A stretch of 64,000 nucleotides of DNA from a virus (IMGVR_UViG_3300011962_000024:1-64000); one strand, 5' to 3'; shown: positions 8,990-18,870, counted from the first letter of the stretch. A program made the numbers and translations. Notes: generated from the sequence alone by a model not told the origin.

Positions 8990-9958
8990 ATGGCTCATTT
9001 CGTCGAAACAATGGCCTACGCCGGCGCTACCCCGTGGCACGGGCTGGGCAATAACCTTCCGCAGAAGCAGCCCATCGAGGTCTGGCAGCGGGAAGCCGGC
9101 ATGGACTGGGAAATCCAAGAAAGCCCCGTCCACTTCAAGTCCGACGCCATCGGCCATCTCGGCACCATCCATTCCTTCCCGGAACAGAAGGTGCTCTATC
9201 GCTCGGACACCAAGGCCCCGCTGTCTGTGGTTTCCAAGCGTTACCACACCGTTCAGCCACGCGAGGTGCTGGAGTTTTATCGTGATCTCACTGAAGTGTC
9301 CGGTTACGAGCTGGAGACAGCGGGCGTGCTCAAGGGTGGCCGCAAGTTCTGGGCCTTGGCGCGTACAGGGCAAGGCACAGCCATCAAGGGTAACGACCAG
9401 GTCAACGGCTACCTGCTACTGGCCACCTCCTGCGACGGCACCCTGGCGACAACAGCGACGCCGACCACCATTCGCGTGGTGTGCAACAACACCCTGACCA
9501 TCGCGCTGGACGGCACCAGCCGGGCGATCAAAGTGCCGCACAGCACCCGCTTCGACGGCGACCTGGTGAAAAAGCAGCTCGGCATCGCTGTCTCGCAATG
9601 GGACGATTTCATGTACCGCATGCGCCATCTGGCCGAACGCAAGGTGCAGTGGCATGAGGCGATTGGGTTCTTCATGAACGTGATGTGCGAGGTCAGCCCC
9701 ACCGGTCAACTACCCGAACAGCTACCGAACGAACGCGCCCTGCGCAAGGTTCAGGAGCTGTACGAAGGCCGTGGCCGGGGCAGTCAACTGGCATCAGCCA
9801 AGGGCACCGCTTGGGGCCTGCTCAATGCTGTGACCCAGTACGTCGATCACGAGCGCCGTGCGCGCAGCACCGAATACCGCCTCGACTCGGCCTGGTTCGG
9901 CCAAGGCGCGCAGATCAAGCAACGCGCCCTAGACGCAGCACTGCAACTCGCCGCCTGA
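8990..9958 (+). CDS. DUF932 family phage/plasmid-like protein
   Basis: MAYAGATPWHGLG, YLLLATSCDGTLAT, RVVCNNTL, GTAWGLLNAVT. Confidence 0.85.
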   Translation: MAHFVETMAYAGATPWHGLGNNLPQKQPIEVWQREAGMDWEIQESPVHFKSDAIGHLGTIHSFPEQKVLYRSDTKAPLSVVSKRYHTVQPREVLEFYRDLTEVSGYELETAGVLKGGRKFWALARTGQGTAIKGNDQVNGYLLLATSCDGTLATTATPTTIRVVCNNTLTIALDGTSRAIKVPHSTRFDGDLVKKQLGIAVSQWDDFMYRMRHLAERKVQWHEAIGFFMNVMCEVSPTGQLPEQLPNERALRKVQELYEGRGRGSQLASAKGTAWGLLNAVTQYVDHERRARSTEYRLDSAWFGQGAQIKQRALDAALQLAA

Positions 9959-9981
9959 CCCTTACACCCCATCAACCATAT

Positions 9982-10016
9982 CGCCCGGTCAGCTTCGCGC
10001 TGGTCGGGCGTTTTTA
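9982..10016 (+). terminator. Hairpin followed by a T-tract after DUF932
   Basis: CGCCCGGTCAGC-TTCGC-GCTGGTCGGGCG followed by TTTTT. Confidence 0.55.
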
Positions 10017-10035
10017 TGTCTGCAAGGTGAACATC

Positions 10036-11040
10036 ATGAAAGCAACTTCATTGAATCGCAGCACCGGCAAGCCCCGCCCTGCCCTGCGTCTGGTCAGCAC
10101 CAAGGAATTACCGCGCGAGGATTGGCTGCAGATCCGCAAGCAAGGCATCGGTAGTTCGGATGCCGCGGCTGCCGTGGGCCTGAATCCCTACAAGTCGCAG
10201 CTGGAGCTGTGGCTGGAGAAGACCGGACGGGATGCAGCCATGCCCAAGGCCGATCCGCAGGATGAGGAAAGCCCGATGTACTGGGGCAACGTGCTGGAGC
10301 CCATCGTGGCCTGGCACTACAGCACGCGCACCAAGAACAAGGTGCGACGCATCAACGCCGTGCTGCAGCACCCGGATCCGGAATTGCCCTGGATGCTGGC
10401 CAACATCGACCGTGAGGTGATCGGTGCCGACGATGTACAGATCCTCGAATGCAAGACAGCCGGCATAAACGGGGCACGCCTCTGGAAAGAGGGCGTGCCT
10501 GAATATGTGCAGTTGCAGGTGATGCACCAACTCGCCGTAACCGGCAAGCAGGCGGCGGATGTGGCGGTGTTGCTGGGTGGCCAGACGCTGGAGATCCACC
10601 GTATCGAGCGGAACGAGCAGATGATCACTCGCCTGATCGAGCTGGAGCGTGCGTTCTGGCAGTACGTCGAAACGGACACACCACCCCCCGCCGACGGCAC
10701 TGCCTCTGCTGAGGCTGCCCTGCGCTGCCTGTATCCCGAGGATGACGGCCAGACACTCGACTTCAGCGGCCACGCGGGATTGTCGGCTACCTACATCGAA
10801 CTCAAAGCTGTACGTCAGTCGATCGCTGAGAAGGAGAAACGCGAGGCCGTGCTTAAACAGATACTGCAACAAGCCATGGGCGAAGCCAGTCGGGCGGAGT
10901 TCAGCAACGGTTACGTCAGCTGGCGCAAAGCCAAGGACAGCGTGAGCTTCGACGTGGCCCGACTGCTCCAGGAACGACCGCACCTGCAAGCCAAATACTC
11001 GCTGACCAAGCCTGGCGCACGGCGCTTTCTGGTCGGCTGA
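10036..11040 (+). CDS. YqaJ-like viral recombinase / lambda-exonuclease family
   Basis: WLQIRKQGIGSSDAAA, YWGNVLE, ANIDRE, LECKT, YVQLQVMHQL. Confidence 0.9.
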   Translation: MKATSLNRSTGKPRPALRLVSTKELPREDWLQIRKQGIGSSDAAAAVGLNPYKSQLELWLEKTGRDAAMPKADPQDEESPMYWGNVLEPIVAWHYSTRTKNKVRRINAVLQHPDPELPWMLANIDREVIGADDVQILECKTAGINGARLWKEGVPEYVQLQVMHQLAVTGKQAADVAVLLGGQTLEIHRIERNEQMITRLIELERAFWQYVETDTPPPADGTASAEAALRCLYPEDDGQTLDFSGHAGLSATYIELKAVRQSIAEKEKREAVLKQILQQAMGEASRAEFSNGYVSWRKAKDSVSFDVARLLQERPHLQAKYSLTKPGARRFLVG

Positions 11041-11127
11041 CTCCACCCTCTTTCCCTCAATCCCTCCCTGGGCAGTCCAGGCAGTTCGCGCTGCGTGGCT
11101 GGCCTATTTTGCTTCAGGAGAACCACC

Positions 11128-12030
11128 ATGCTCAAAGGTCTGGCTATCACCCCGCCGGTACTCGGGCGGATTTCCATCGGCAAGGTCATCGAGAAAAACG
11201 GTAAACGCCTGCCGGAGAAGGACGACCAGTTCACCATCACTTCCCAGGTACAGAGCCGCGACGGCTGGCTGGTACACCCGCTCAACGATGAATTGCGCCA
11301 AGGCAAGGACGACAAGCTGCGCAGCATTCCGGTACGGCTGCTATTCAACGAGCCGGAACTGAATTTCCGTGCGGACTACACGTTGTTTGATCGCCAGTCC
11401 GGTCGCCCGGTCTGTGTCGGCAATGGCGAAACCTGCAAGCGGGTTGCCCAGGAAGGCATGCAATCGCTGCCCTGCCCTTCGCCGGATGCCTGCTCGCTGG
11501 CTAAGGGCGGAGCCTGCAAGCCTTATGGTCGACTGAACGTGGTCATTGGCGACGAGGATCCGCTGGGCAGCTTCGTTTTCCGGACCACCGGCTTCAACAG
11601 CATTCGCACCCTGGCGGCTCGGCTGCACTACTTCCAGGCCATCTCGGGCAACCGCCTGGCCTGCCTGCCGCTAGAGCTGCGTCTACGCGGCAAGTCCACC
11701 CGCCAAAGCCACGGTGCGCCGATCTTCTACACCGACCTGACCGTGCGCAGCGGCATGGACATGACCGAAGCGCTGCGCCTGGCAGCTGAACTGGATGAAC
11801 AGCGGCAAGCGGCGGGCTTCGATCAAGCCGCACTGGATGAAGCAGCACGACGTGGCTTCGGCAATGGCGCCTTCGAGGACGGCGAGGAAGACGTCGGCGC
11901 CATCGTCGAGGAGTTCTTTCCCGTCGAAACCAGCAGCGAGCAGCCATCCCCCAGATCCACTTCGCACACGTCGGGCAAGCCCAGCCTGGCGGAGAAGCTG
12001 GAAGCCCAGCATCAATCCCTGAATGCCTGA
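11128..12030 (+). CDS. Cys-rich YqaJ partner protein (Gp3/RDF-like), probably recombination-related
   Basis: AGGAG RBS. LGRISIG...DDQFTIT, Cys cluster C.GNG..C...PCP.PD.C...CKPYGRL, FRTTGFNS. Directly follows YqaJ. Confidence 0.65.
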   Translation: MLKGLAITPPVLGRISIGKVIEKNGKRLPEKDDQFTITSQVQSRDGWLVHPLNDELRQGKDDKLRSIPVRLLFNEPELNFRADYTLFDRQSGRPVCVGNGETCKRVAQEGMQSLPCPSPDACSLAKGGACKPYGRLNVVIGDEDPLGSFVFRTTGFNSIRTLAARLHYFQAISGNRLACLPLELRLRGKSTRQSHGAPIFYTDLTVRSGMDMTEALRLAAELDEQRQAAGFDQAALDEAARRGFGNGAFEDGEEDVGAIVEEFFPVETSSEQPSPRSTSHTSGKPSLAEKLEAQHQSLNA

Positions 12031-12056
12031 GCCTGATCACCCGGCCCAAGGAGCTC

Positions 12057-12557
12057 ATGATGAGACTGCACAAAATCAAGGCCGGCGAGGCCGCTGGCAC
12101 CTACCTGATCGAATCACCGGTCACTGAAGCCGACATTCTGCTGATGGCCAAGCAACTGGCCAGCCAGCGCCTGCGTCGAGGGCGCCAGCTCACTGCGCCA
12201 CGTGACGTGTTCAGCCATCTGCAGACGCTACTCGAAGCCTATGAGCACGAAGTCTTTGCCTTGCTGATGCTCGACAGCAGGCACCGAGTCATTGCTTTTC
12301 ACGAGCTGTTCCGGGGCACCCTCGATGGTGCCAGCGTCTACCCCAGGGAGGTCGTCAAGATCGCCCTGGAGCACAACGCCGCCGCCATGATCCTGGTGCA
12401 CAACCATCCATCCGGCGATCCCGAACCCAGTCAAGCAGACCGCACGCTTACCACGAAATTGCAGGACGCGTTGAATTTGGTCGGCGTGCGAACGCTCGAT
12501 CACATCGTGGTGGGCCACGAAGGCTGCGTGTCACTGGCGGAGCTGGGCTACCTATAG
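12057..12557 (+). CDS. radC: RadC/JAB domain protein
   Basis: HEVF, VYPREVVK, HNHPSGDPEPSQAD, LDHIVVG. Confidence 0.92.
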   Translation: MMRLHKIKAGEAAGTYLIESPVTEADILLMAKQLASQRLRRGRQLTAPRDVFSHLQTLLEAYEHEVFALLMLDSRHRVIAFHELFRGTLDGASVYPREVVKIALEHNAAAMILVHNHPSGDPEPSQADRTLTTKLQDALNLVGVRTLDHIVVGHEGCVSLAELGYL

Positions 12558-12567
12558 GGAGGTGAGC

Positions 12568-12741
12568 ATGAAGCTATTGATGCGGACCTTCGCTGCGGTG
12601 TTCGTGTTTGCAGGCATCCTCGCGGGTTGCCTGGCGATGTTGCTGCTGGTGATTCTGATGGTGCGTTTTCCGCCGCTGCTGATCGCGGTGGTGCTGGCGT
12701 GCTGGCTTTACCGAAAGCTGCGAGCTCGAATGACTCAATGA
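12568..12741 (+). CDS. 57-aa membrane peptide (not in ORF track)
   Basis: GGAGGTG RBS. MKLLMRTFAAVFVFAGILAGCLAMLLLVILMVRFPPLLIAVVLACWLYRKLRARMTQ. Confidence 0.6.
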   Translation: MKLLMRTFAAVFVFAGILAGCLAMLLLVILMVRFPPLLIAVVLACWLYRKLRARMTQ

Positions 12742-12756
12742 CCTACCGAAACCAAC

Positions 12757-12780
12757 ATGGGCAGCCGAAAGGCTGCTCAC
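12757..12780. terminator. Hairpin between convergent operons
   Basis: TGGGCAGCC-GAAA-GGCTGCTCA. Confidence 0.55.
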
Positions 12781-12817
12781 AGGTTTCGCCGCATTTCTTT
12801 TTTTGCGCAGTGGCCAA

Positions 12818-13099
12818 CTAACGCTTCTTGGCTGACTGGTAAACAGCCCCGCGCTCGCGCTTGCCCACGCTCACCACCAGCACAACCACCCGCTCATCCT
12901 CGACCCGATAGACCAATCGATAGCCAGCTGTGCGCAGCTTGATCTTGTAGTGCCCCGGCAAATCCCTGAGCGCATCGGCCTGCACCTTGGGCGTTTCAAG
13001 ACGCTCACGCAGTTTCTTCTTGGCCTGCTCGCGCACCGTATGACCTAGCTTCTCCCACTCTTTGAGCGCGGAGGGCAGGAATTCAAGCTTATAGGTCAT
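12818..13099 (-). CDS. relE: RelE/StbE-family toxin
   Basis: YKLEFLPSALKEWEKL...YKIKLRTAGYRLVYRV...VVSVGKRE. Confidence 0.9.
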   Translation of the reverse strand: MTYKLEFLPSALKEWEKLGHTVREQAKKKLRERLETPKVQADALRDLPGHYKIKLRTAGYRLVYRVEDERVVVLVVSVGKRERGAVYQSAKKR

Positions 13100-13334
13100 C
13101 CAGATTCACCGGGATACCCTGTTCACCGGAGCGAGCTTTCACCACCTCAATCAGATCCAGATCGTCCAGGCGCTCCATCATCTGCTCATACAACTCGGCA
13201 GGTACCATGTAGCCCATGACGCGATTGTGGTTGAGAACCGCAACCGGCATCCCACCAGCACCTGCCATAACGCCAGATGGATTCTTCTTCAGCTCAGAAA
13301 CGCTGACAGCGACATCGGCCAATACACTCTGCAT
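13089..13334 (-). CDS. Phd/YefM (StbD-like) antitoxin
   Basis: VSVSELKKNP...PVAVLNHN...YMVPAELYE. Overlaps the toxin start. Confidence 0.9.
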   Translation of the reverse strand: MQSVLADVAVSVSELKKNPSGVMAGAGGMPVAVLNHNRVMGYMVPAELYEQMMERLDDLDLIEVVKARSGEQGIPVNLDDL

Positions 13335-13468
13335 ATTATGACTCCTTTTCAGGTCGTTATTTTGGTCTTATAGCACCAGCATAGCAAGGCACCGAGCATC
13401 CGTGCTCTATTCCGAATTCACTGATAGTGCTCGAAAGCAACCGCCTCTGGCTGGTTCGGCTACACAAC

Positions 13469-14173
13469 TTACCCCCTGCTGGTACCGAAGCCTCGCTGGC
13501 GGTCCCCGTAGGATTTAGTAGCCCTTTTGCAGAGGTAGCTGGCCCGATGAAACAGCGCTGGCAACTCATCGCCCCCATCTCGACGTATCTCACGATCGAT
13601 TCGGTACTCAGCATCCTTTGGGATGTGCACCAGCCCCCTCACCTGGTCGACCGGTAGCCCCAGCGCACTTGCCCAAGACTCCTGAATACGGCTGATCATA
13701 TTCACCCGGTCTGAACCCAGACGCCCAATGGTGTAGTAGGCATCGCGGTTCAACAGGATCAGCAAGTGATAATGCTGTCGTCCTCCCTGACCGATCTCTC
13801 TCGACCAGACGTACCGTACTTTGCAGCCACGCGAGTAGCCTCGCTCAGCCACCCTCTCCTGGTGGTACTGAATCTTCTTCGTGAACGATTCAAAGAACCG
13901 GCTGATGACCTGGTTCGTATAGGCGTAGTCGGGTAGCTCGACACCCTGAGGTAAACGGAGATCCACTCTGAAGGCTAGGACCCTCGGATACTCATCCAAG
14001 GCCAGCTCAATGGTGCGCTTGAGATCAGTCAGGTACTCACGGATGTAAGGACCTTTTTCTTTCTGAACGGGAAAGCCTGCGAAGATGTCGTCGTAGTACA
14101 GGTGGAGGTTGGTATTGGCAGAATGACGGAGCGGGTAGCGCTGGGCGGGATGGGTGTACGTATCGTTGAACAT
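13469..14173 (-). CDS. Inovirus Gp2 / YagK-YfjJ family protein with HUH-like motifs
   Basis: RVLAFRVDLRLP, YVWSRE...QHYHLLILLN, RASYLCK...GFGTSR. Confidence 0.8.
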   Translation of the reverse strand: MFNDTYTHPAQRYPLRHSANTNLHLYYDDIFAGFPVQKEKGPYIREYLTDLKRTIELALDEYPRVLAFRVDLRLPQGVELPDYAYTNQVISRFFESFTKKIQYHQERVAERGYSRGCKVRYVWSREIGQGGRQHYHLLILLNRDAYYTIGRLGSDRVNMISRIQESWASALGLPVDQVRGLVHIPKDAEYRIDREIRRDGGDELPALFHRASYLCKRATKSYGDRQRGFGTSRG

Positions 14174-14917
14174 GGTTATGGCTTCTCAGTGGTTGAGTTT
14201 CATAACCGGTGCCCATTCTGTATTTTTTAACCGTTACAGCTTATCTGTCTGATTACCTTTCGATTGGATACGTATCGTTCCTCCTTGGTGATGAGTGTGT
14301 AACGGTTATCGTGGCTTGGTACCAGTAGATACGATGGTGGATATTTGTAAATCGAATTAGCACGAACCCTTCGGGTAGTAAGAGCTAAAGCATAATACCC
14401 GCACCGCAACTGACAGCTCCGACCGGCTCGATGAAATCTACCCTTATCACCAAGCCGCAGCGTCAATTTTTGACAGAACCGTATTCCGGATTTAAACCAA
14501 GTCAAAAGCCCCATCAACTATCGCCGAGGCCGTGGAACAATCCTGCCGGGTTCATCGTCAAACCAGTCGAGCGGGCCATGCATAGAGCTCATCTTTCTAT
14601 CCTACACGATGGTCTGAGCTGCTCGTAGCCAAGGCTCACTAGTAACTCTTTTACGCAGCTACTTCTACTTAGCTATACCTAGCTATTGAGTCGCTACAAA
14701 AAGATAGCGCCGCGATGGTTGCATCCTACCAATAGTGCCATACATGGCAGTGAACGTGTCGCAGAAATCCATTTTAGGTACACGTAGTACTCCGTATGTC
14801 GTCAACAAAGACACGTTAACCGGGGTCTGCCGCGTAAGGGAGCGCATCGCGATCAGTGCCAGCCGGCCTTTGATAGATGATGGTTTCAGACTGGCTCAAT
14901 TCAGAGACGATCCCACC

Positions 14918-15508
14918 TCAAAGCATTCCGGTTAGCTTGGCCATCACGGCCACGATGTAGCCGCTGATAATAGATAGGCCAATGACTCCCCACGGACGAG
15001 TCCACCATTCCCCATCAGGACTAGGTGGCATAGGTTGTTGAAAGACGTTTACCTGCCCAATATTACTGGCAGAGATTGTTGGGTCGGCAACAACTCGACT
15101 CTGCATCATCGAATTGCGCCATTGAAGGTCTTCGACACGATCAATCTGACGTTGAATGCGCGCTTTAAGTCGTCGTCCGGCAAGCACAAGCTGTTTGCCT
15201 ACAATCATGACACCGACAAGCCCTAGAAAAAGAAGATTTCCGTAGGTAAATGGATCGGTCTGATTGATGGTTGGCACGTTATGCCAGACAAACCCGATGT
15301 AGGGCGAGGTTGCTTGATAGAGTGCAGCGATAAAGTTTTGGATCACCGCACCAAGACGCCACAACAGAGCCGAGTCACTCATAGCTTGCGCTGAACGATA
15401 AACCGCCATCAGCAAGCTAACAAAGTAGAAAGTTGCCCCACCGAATAATAGCGCACCGCCAACACCTCGTTGGATTCGAGAGCGCGTTACAGCCTGTTGT
15501 ATGTTCAT
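14918..15508 (-). CDS. YniB-like membrane protein
   Basis: Three hydrophobic segments. M..QQA...R..G, FVWHNVP and RVEDL resemble the YniB family. Confidence 0.55.
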   Translation of the reverse strand: MNIQQAVTRSRIQRGVGGALLFGGATFYFVSLLMAVYRSAQAMSDSALLWRLGAVIQNFIAALYQATSPYIGFVWHNVPTINQTDPFTYGNLLFLGLVGVMIVGKQLVLAGRRLKARIQRQIDRVEDLQWRNSMMQSRVVADPTISASNIGQVNVFQQPMPPSPDGEWWTRPWGVIGLSIISGYIVAVMAKLTGML

Positions 15509-15612
15509 TCGCTGTCCTTATGGAATGCCATCGTCTGAAACAACGCTGGCCAACTGCTAGCTAGGCGCAAGCCGATCTAAACCAGTCGCCATCTAGCGTT
15601 GAAGTTTCTCCA

Positions 15613-18600
15613 TTATTGGCTACAGATGACCTGCAAGTCACATCCAATAGTTTCTTTCAGGTAGGCCATGGCCGCAGCAATGACCATGTCCTGGTCTTCG
15701 CTACGGCTAGTGGCTGATATTCCTGGTTGAACAATCAGCACCTCCGCGGCAATGGACTTGAACCGGCTCTGTCTGAGCAACTCATTCAGCCGCGCCGCAC
15801 TACCCTGGAAGAAGCGAGTAGGACGTACAAAAGATTTCAAACGCTCTTCACGTCCAAGCAGGTGACGGCATAGATCTACAAACCTCCATTTCCACTTAGC
15901 GGAACGCACAGCTTGCGAGCAGACCTCTACAGCATCCTTGATGCGCTCCCCCTTTGTCGCAGCGCCGGAGTATTTGCAGTGGATCATGACAAGCCGGATA
16001 ACGTCCCCCTCCTCCTTCAAGCACACGAGATCGGCCGCCTCACCAGCCGAGTCGTCATCGAAGACGACATCAAAATTTCCATCCATGTATGCCTGAGCCA
16101 CCTTCCATTGGATTGAGTCTTTCCGCCCTACACCATCCTTCCAGTAGCTCTCTTTGGTCAGATCAAACCCCGTCCAATCCCATGGCTCGAACTGGGCAGC
16201 ATCAAGAGTCAACTCGCGAGGATTCCTCGGCTGTATAAGCAAATTGCCATCGAGCTCACTGAGGTCGACGAAACGAACCAAGGGGGGGTAACTGCAGAAA
16301 TACTCATCAAGTCTCCAGCTACGCTTCCCAATGGAGATGGTCAGTGGATCACCACCAGTCTGCTGCACCTTGAAACCCAGCTGAGCGTCGAGCCGAAGCT
16401 CGAACTCCCCAACCCTGTCGTCTTCCCCAGCGACCAAGGCGAACTGAAGCAGACCCGTTGTAAGTGAAACGAAAAATAGTTCGTACATGTACAGAGGCTG
16501 CGCGTCTTCTTGACCCATCGGGCAGAGCGCAATCCGATCTTCCGAGACGCCCAGAAGCTCGGCGGGCCACTCAATAGCCAAGACAATCTTGGTTGCTGGG
16601 AACTCTTCAATCTCCGACGGTACGAGAACGTTCGCGATGATGTTTTCGATGTTAATCGTGTCGTCCAAAAGCTTGGTACCGACGCGCCGGCACCAGTTGA
16701 TAAGTGCTGGAATAGAGCCTTGATCCCGTGACCACACTCGCCCCTTGACGGAGCATCCTACCGATACGCGTGCGCCCTCTTCCCACCCCGTCCCGCTGAC
16801 ATTGTTTTTGACCGAGTTATGTCGTTCGGTCAGCCCCAACGCCTCGTCGACATCTCCTCCCGTGTACATGGCAAAGCTGAGATTGCGACGCCCATGCTTT
16901 TTGACCCCGATGTTCTGTAGCATCAAGCGGTTTATGTGCCCCAGGCTGCGGAACATCTGCTCACCCTTGATCAATACCGCTTCGCCGGCAACGGCTTCGG
17001 CAAGCTCGGGAAACAGCGAATCATGATTGGTTGAGGACAGGTAAAGAAGGCCCTGTTCCACGTCATGATGCAGAACAAATAGCGCCCACTCGCAATCCAG
17101 AACACCCTTGGTGTTTGTCCATCGGACACGGGACTCAGCCCTGGTGACAAAATAAACGGTCGGGCTTTGCTCGTGTTGCCATACGGCCTGAAGCGTGAGG
17201 TTGGTCGGGAGACCAAAATGGAAACGCTCTCCAGCGAACGCCCTAGCCCGGTATACGGCGGTACTAAATTTGGGCCTGAGCAAGTGCGGTGACAAGACTA
17301 TCGAATCAGACCGGCCATAATCGTCGAAACGCTTGGAAGCTTGCAGGAAAGCCACCAGCTCCGCGTGATCCCGAGCAGCTGCTGAACTCATTTCGGAGAG
17401 AATGACGTTCCAGTCCGCATCCTCACTGTACAAACGCTCCAAGGCATCAGAAACGCTCTTGTCGCCAATATTGGCAACCACAGTGGCATTGCCGATCCTC
17501 TCACCGGCCACACGGGTGAAACGCCCTACAAATTGCAGCAGGATCGCCAAGCTTCGGTGCATGTCATGTACAGCAGCAACCTTCAACTGCGGTAGGTCAA
17601 AACCTTCGCCGAGCATGCCTACGCAGATGACGATCTTCGCTGCCCGTTTTTTCAGCGCAGCGAGCCGTAATTGTGCCTCCTCAGATTCGGAATGGATCAG
17701 AACAGGACTTAAGTCACCAGCTATCGCTTGATAAAGCTCTGCAACGATGGTGGCTCGCGCAATGCTGGAACAACGCGCCATCAAAAGATGATCGAGCCCT
17801 TGATCTAGATCGCTTCTTAGCTGCCTAACAGCTACCTCGGCAATGGCCCTATCGGCGTCCTGCGGGCTGGCTTGTACTGGTTCGAAGCGAATATGCTTGA
17901 AGTAATCATCGCGCTGCGCTGCGCCCAACGGGTAATTGAAGATGACCTTCCCATCTACAAGCTGGGTGTCACGTCTAAACGGCGTGGCTGTGAACTGGAG
18001 AGTGGGAATGCCTCGGAATGCGTCTTTGAGGTGAGTCCAGCTCGTAGCAGGCACGTGATGTGCTTCATCCAAGATGAGCGCCTTACACCGGCTGGCGAGC
18101 CCCTCAAGGACCGCTGTAGGCAAGCTAGCCCCTATTGAACCTACGGTTGCGACCACAACGTTACAGTGCTCGAACATGAGCAGATCCGCTTGGGTCTTGG
18201 GCCGTTTTTTCATGATCCCGACAATCGGGTTTGGCACATCCGCGGGTAGTACGCCGATGGATCGTAACAAGCCGAAGGTAATGAACTTGTTCGCGGTCTG
18301 CTCTCTGAGGGCATCCCAGGGCACAACTACTAGGATCGGATCGCGAGCATAGGCCGCCAACGCAGCCAGCATTGTTTCCGTCTTGCCGGTACCTGTCGGC
18401 ATGACGATGGTCGCTGGAGCTCGCTCCAAGCTCCAGTGAGCCCCAATGGCATGCAGAGCACCTAATTGAGGTGGACGTAATCCCCAGCCCGATTGACCCG
18501 ACTCGCGCGTCTCAGCGACAAAACGCACCTTGCCATTCCAGCATGCAGAGATTTCACGCGAGTGAGCCGTCGGACCTACCGCCGCTCGATGTTTATGGAA

Positions 18601-18870
18601 CTCGTCAAGCAGCCGATGACGAGCCCAACTGAACTTGCCGTCACTCTCGAGTAGTACTCCGTCCACACCCTCCGGCAGCTGCACATCCTTGCGGGAGGTG
18701 ACAATTACCCGCTCTTCATTATCGAAGCGTCTCAATGGCTGCTTGATCTTCGCCGACACGTTGATTGAGGTTTCGACGACGAGTGAGACCTGGAGCGCCG
18801 GACGGATCTGATGCCGAACAGCACCAATCGAATATCGCTCTTCAAAAATAAGTGCGGGTAGCGTGAACAT
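15613..18870 (-). CDS. SF2 (DEAD/DEAH) helicase with a long C-terminal region ending in a PD-(D/E)XK-like nuclease
   Basis: LRPPQ, MPTGTGKT, DEAHH, TATP, EGFD, QFVGRFTR. C-terminal DDDSAGEAADLV...IHCKYS. Confidence 0.8.
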   Translation of the reverse strand: MFTLPALIFEERYSIGAVRHQIRPALQVSLVVETSINVSAKIKQPLRRFDNEERVIVTSRKDVQLPEGVDGVLLESDGKFSWARHRLLDEFHKHRAAVGPTAHSREISACWNGKVRFVAETRESGQSGWGLRPPQLGALHAIGAHWSLERAPATIVMPTGTGKTETMLAALAAYARDPILVVVPWDALREQTANKFITFGLLRSIGVLPADVPNPIVGIMKKRPKTQADLLMFEHCNVVVATVGSIGASLPTAVLEGLASRCKALILDEAHHVPATSWTHLKDAFRGIPTLQFTATPFRRDTQLVDGKVIFNYPLGAAQRDDYFKHIRFEPVQASPQDADRAIAEVAVRQLRSDLDQGLDHLLMARCSSIARATIVAELYQAIAGDLSPVLIHSESEEAQLRLAALKKRAAKIVICVGMLGEGFDLPQLKVAAVHDMHRSLAILLQFVGRFTRVAGERIGNATVVANIGDKSVSDALERLYSEDADWNVILSEMSSAAARDHAELVAFLQASKRFDDYGRSDSIVLSPHLLRPKFSTAVYRARAFAGERFHFGLPTNLTLQAVWQHEQSPTVYFVTRAESRVRWTNTKGVLDCEWALFVLHHDVEQGLLYLSSTNHDSLFPELAEAVAGEAVLIKGEQMFRSLGHINRLMLQNIGVKKHGRRNLSFAMYTGGDVDEALGLTERHNSVKNNVSGTGWEEGARVSVGCSVKGRVWSRDQGSIPALINWCRRVGTKLLDDTINIENIIANVLVPSEIEEFPATKIVLAIEWPAELLGVSEDRIALCPMGQEDAQPLYMYELFFVSLTTGLLQFALVAGEDDRVGEFELRLDAQLGFKVQQTGGDPLTISIGKRSWRLDEYFCSYPPLVRFVDLSELDGNLLIQPRNPRELTLDAAQFEPWDWTGFDLTKESYWKDGVGRKDSIQWKVAQAYMDGNFDVVFDDDSAGEAADLVCLKEEGDVIRLVMIHCKYSGAATKGERIKDAVEVCSQAVRSAKWKWRFVDLCRHLLGREERLKSFVRPTRFFQGSAARLNELLRQSRFKSIAAEVLIVQPGISATSRSEDQDMVIAAAMAYLKETIGCDLQVICSQ

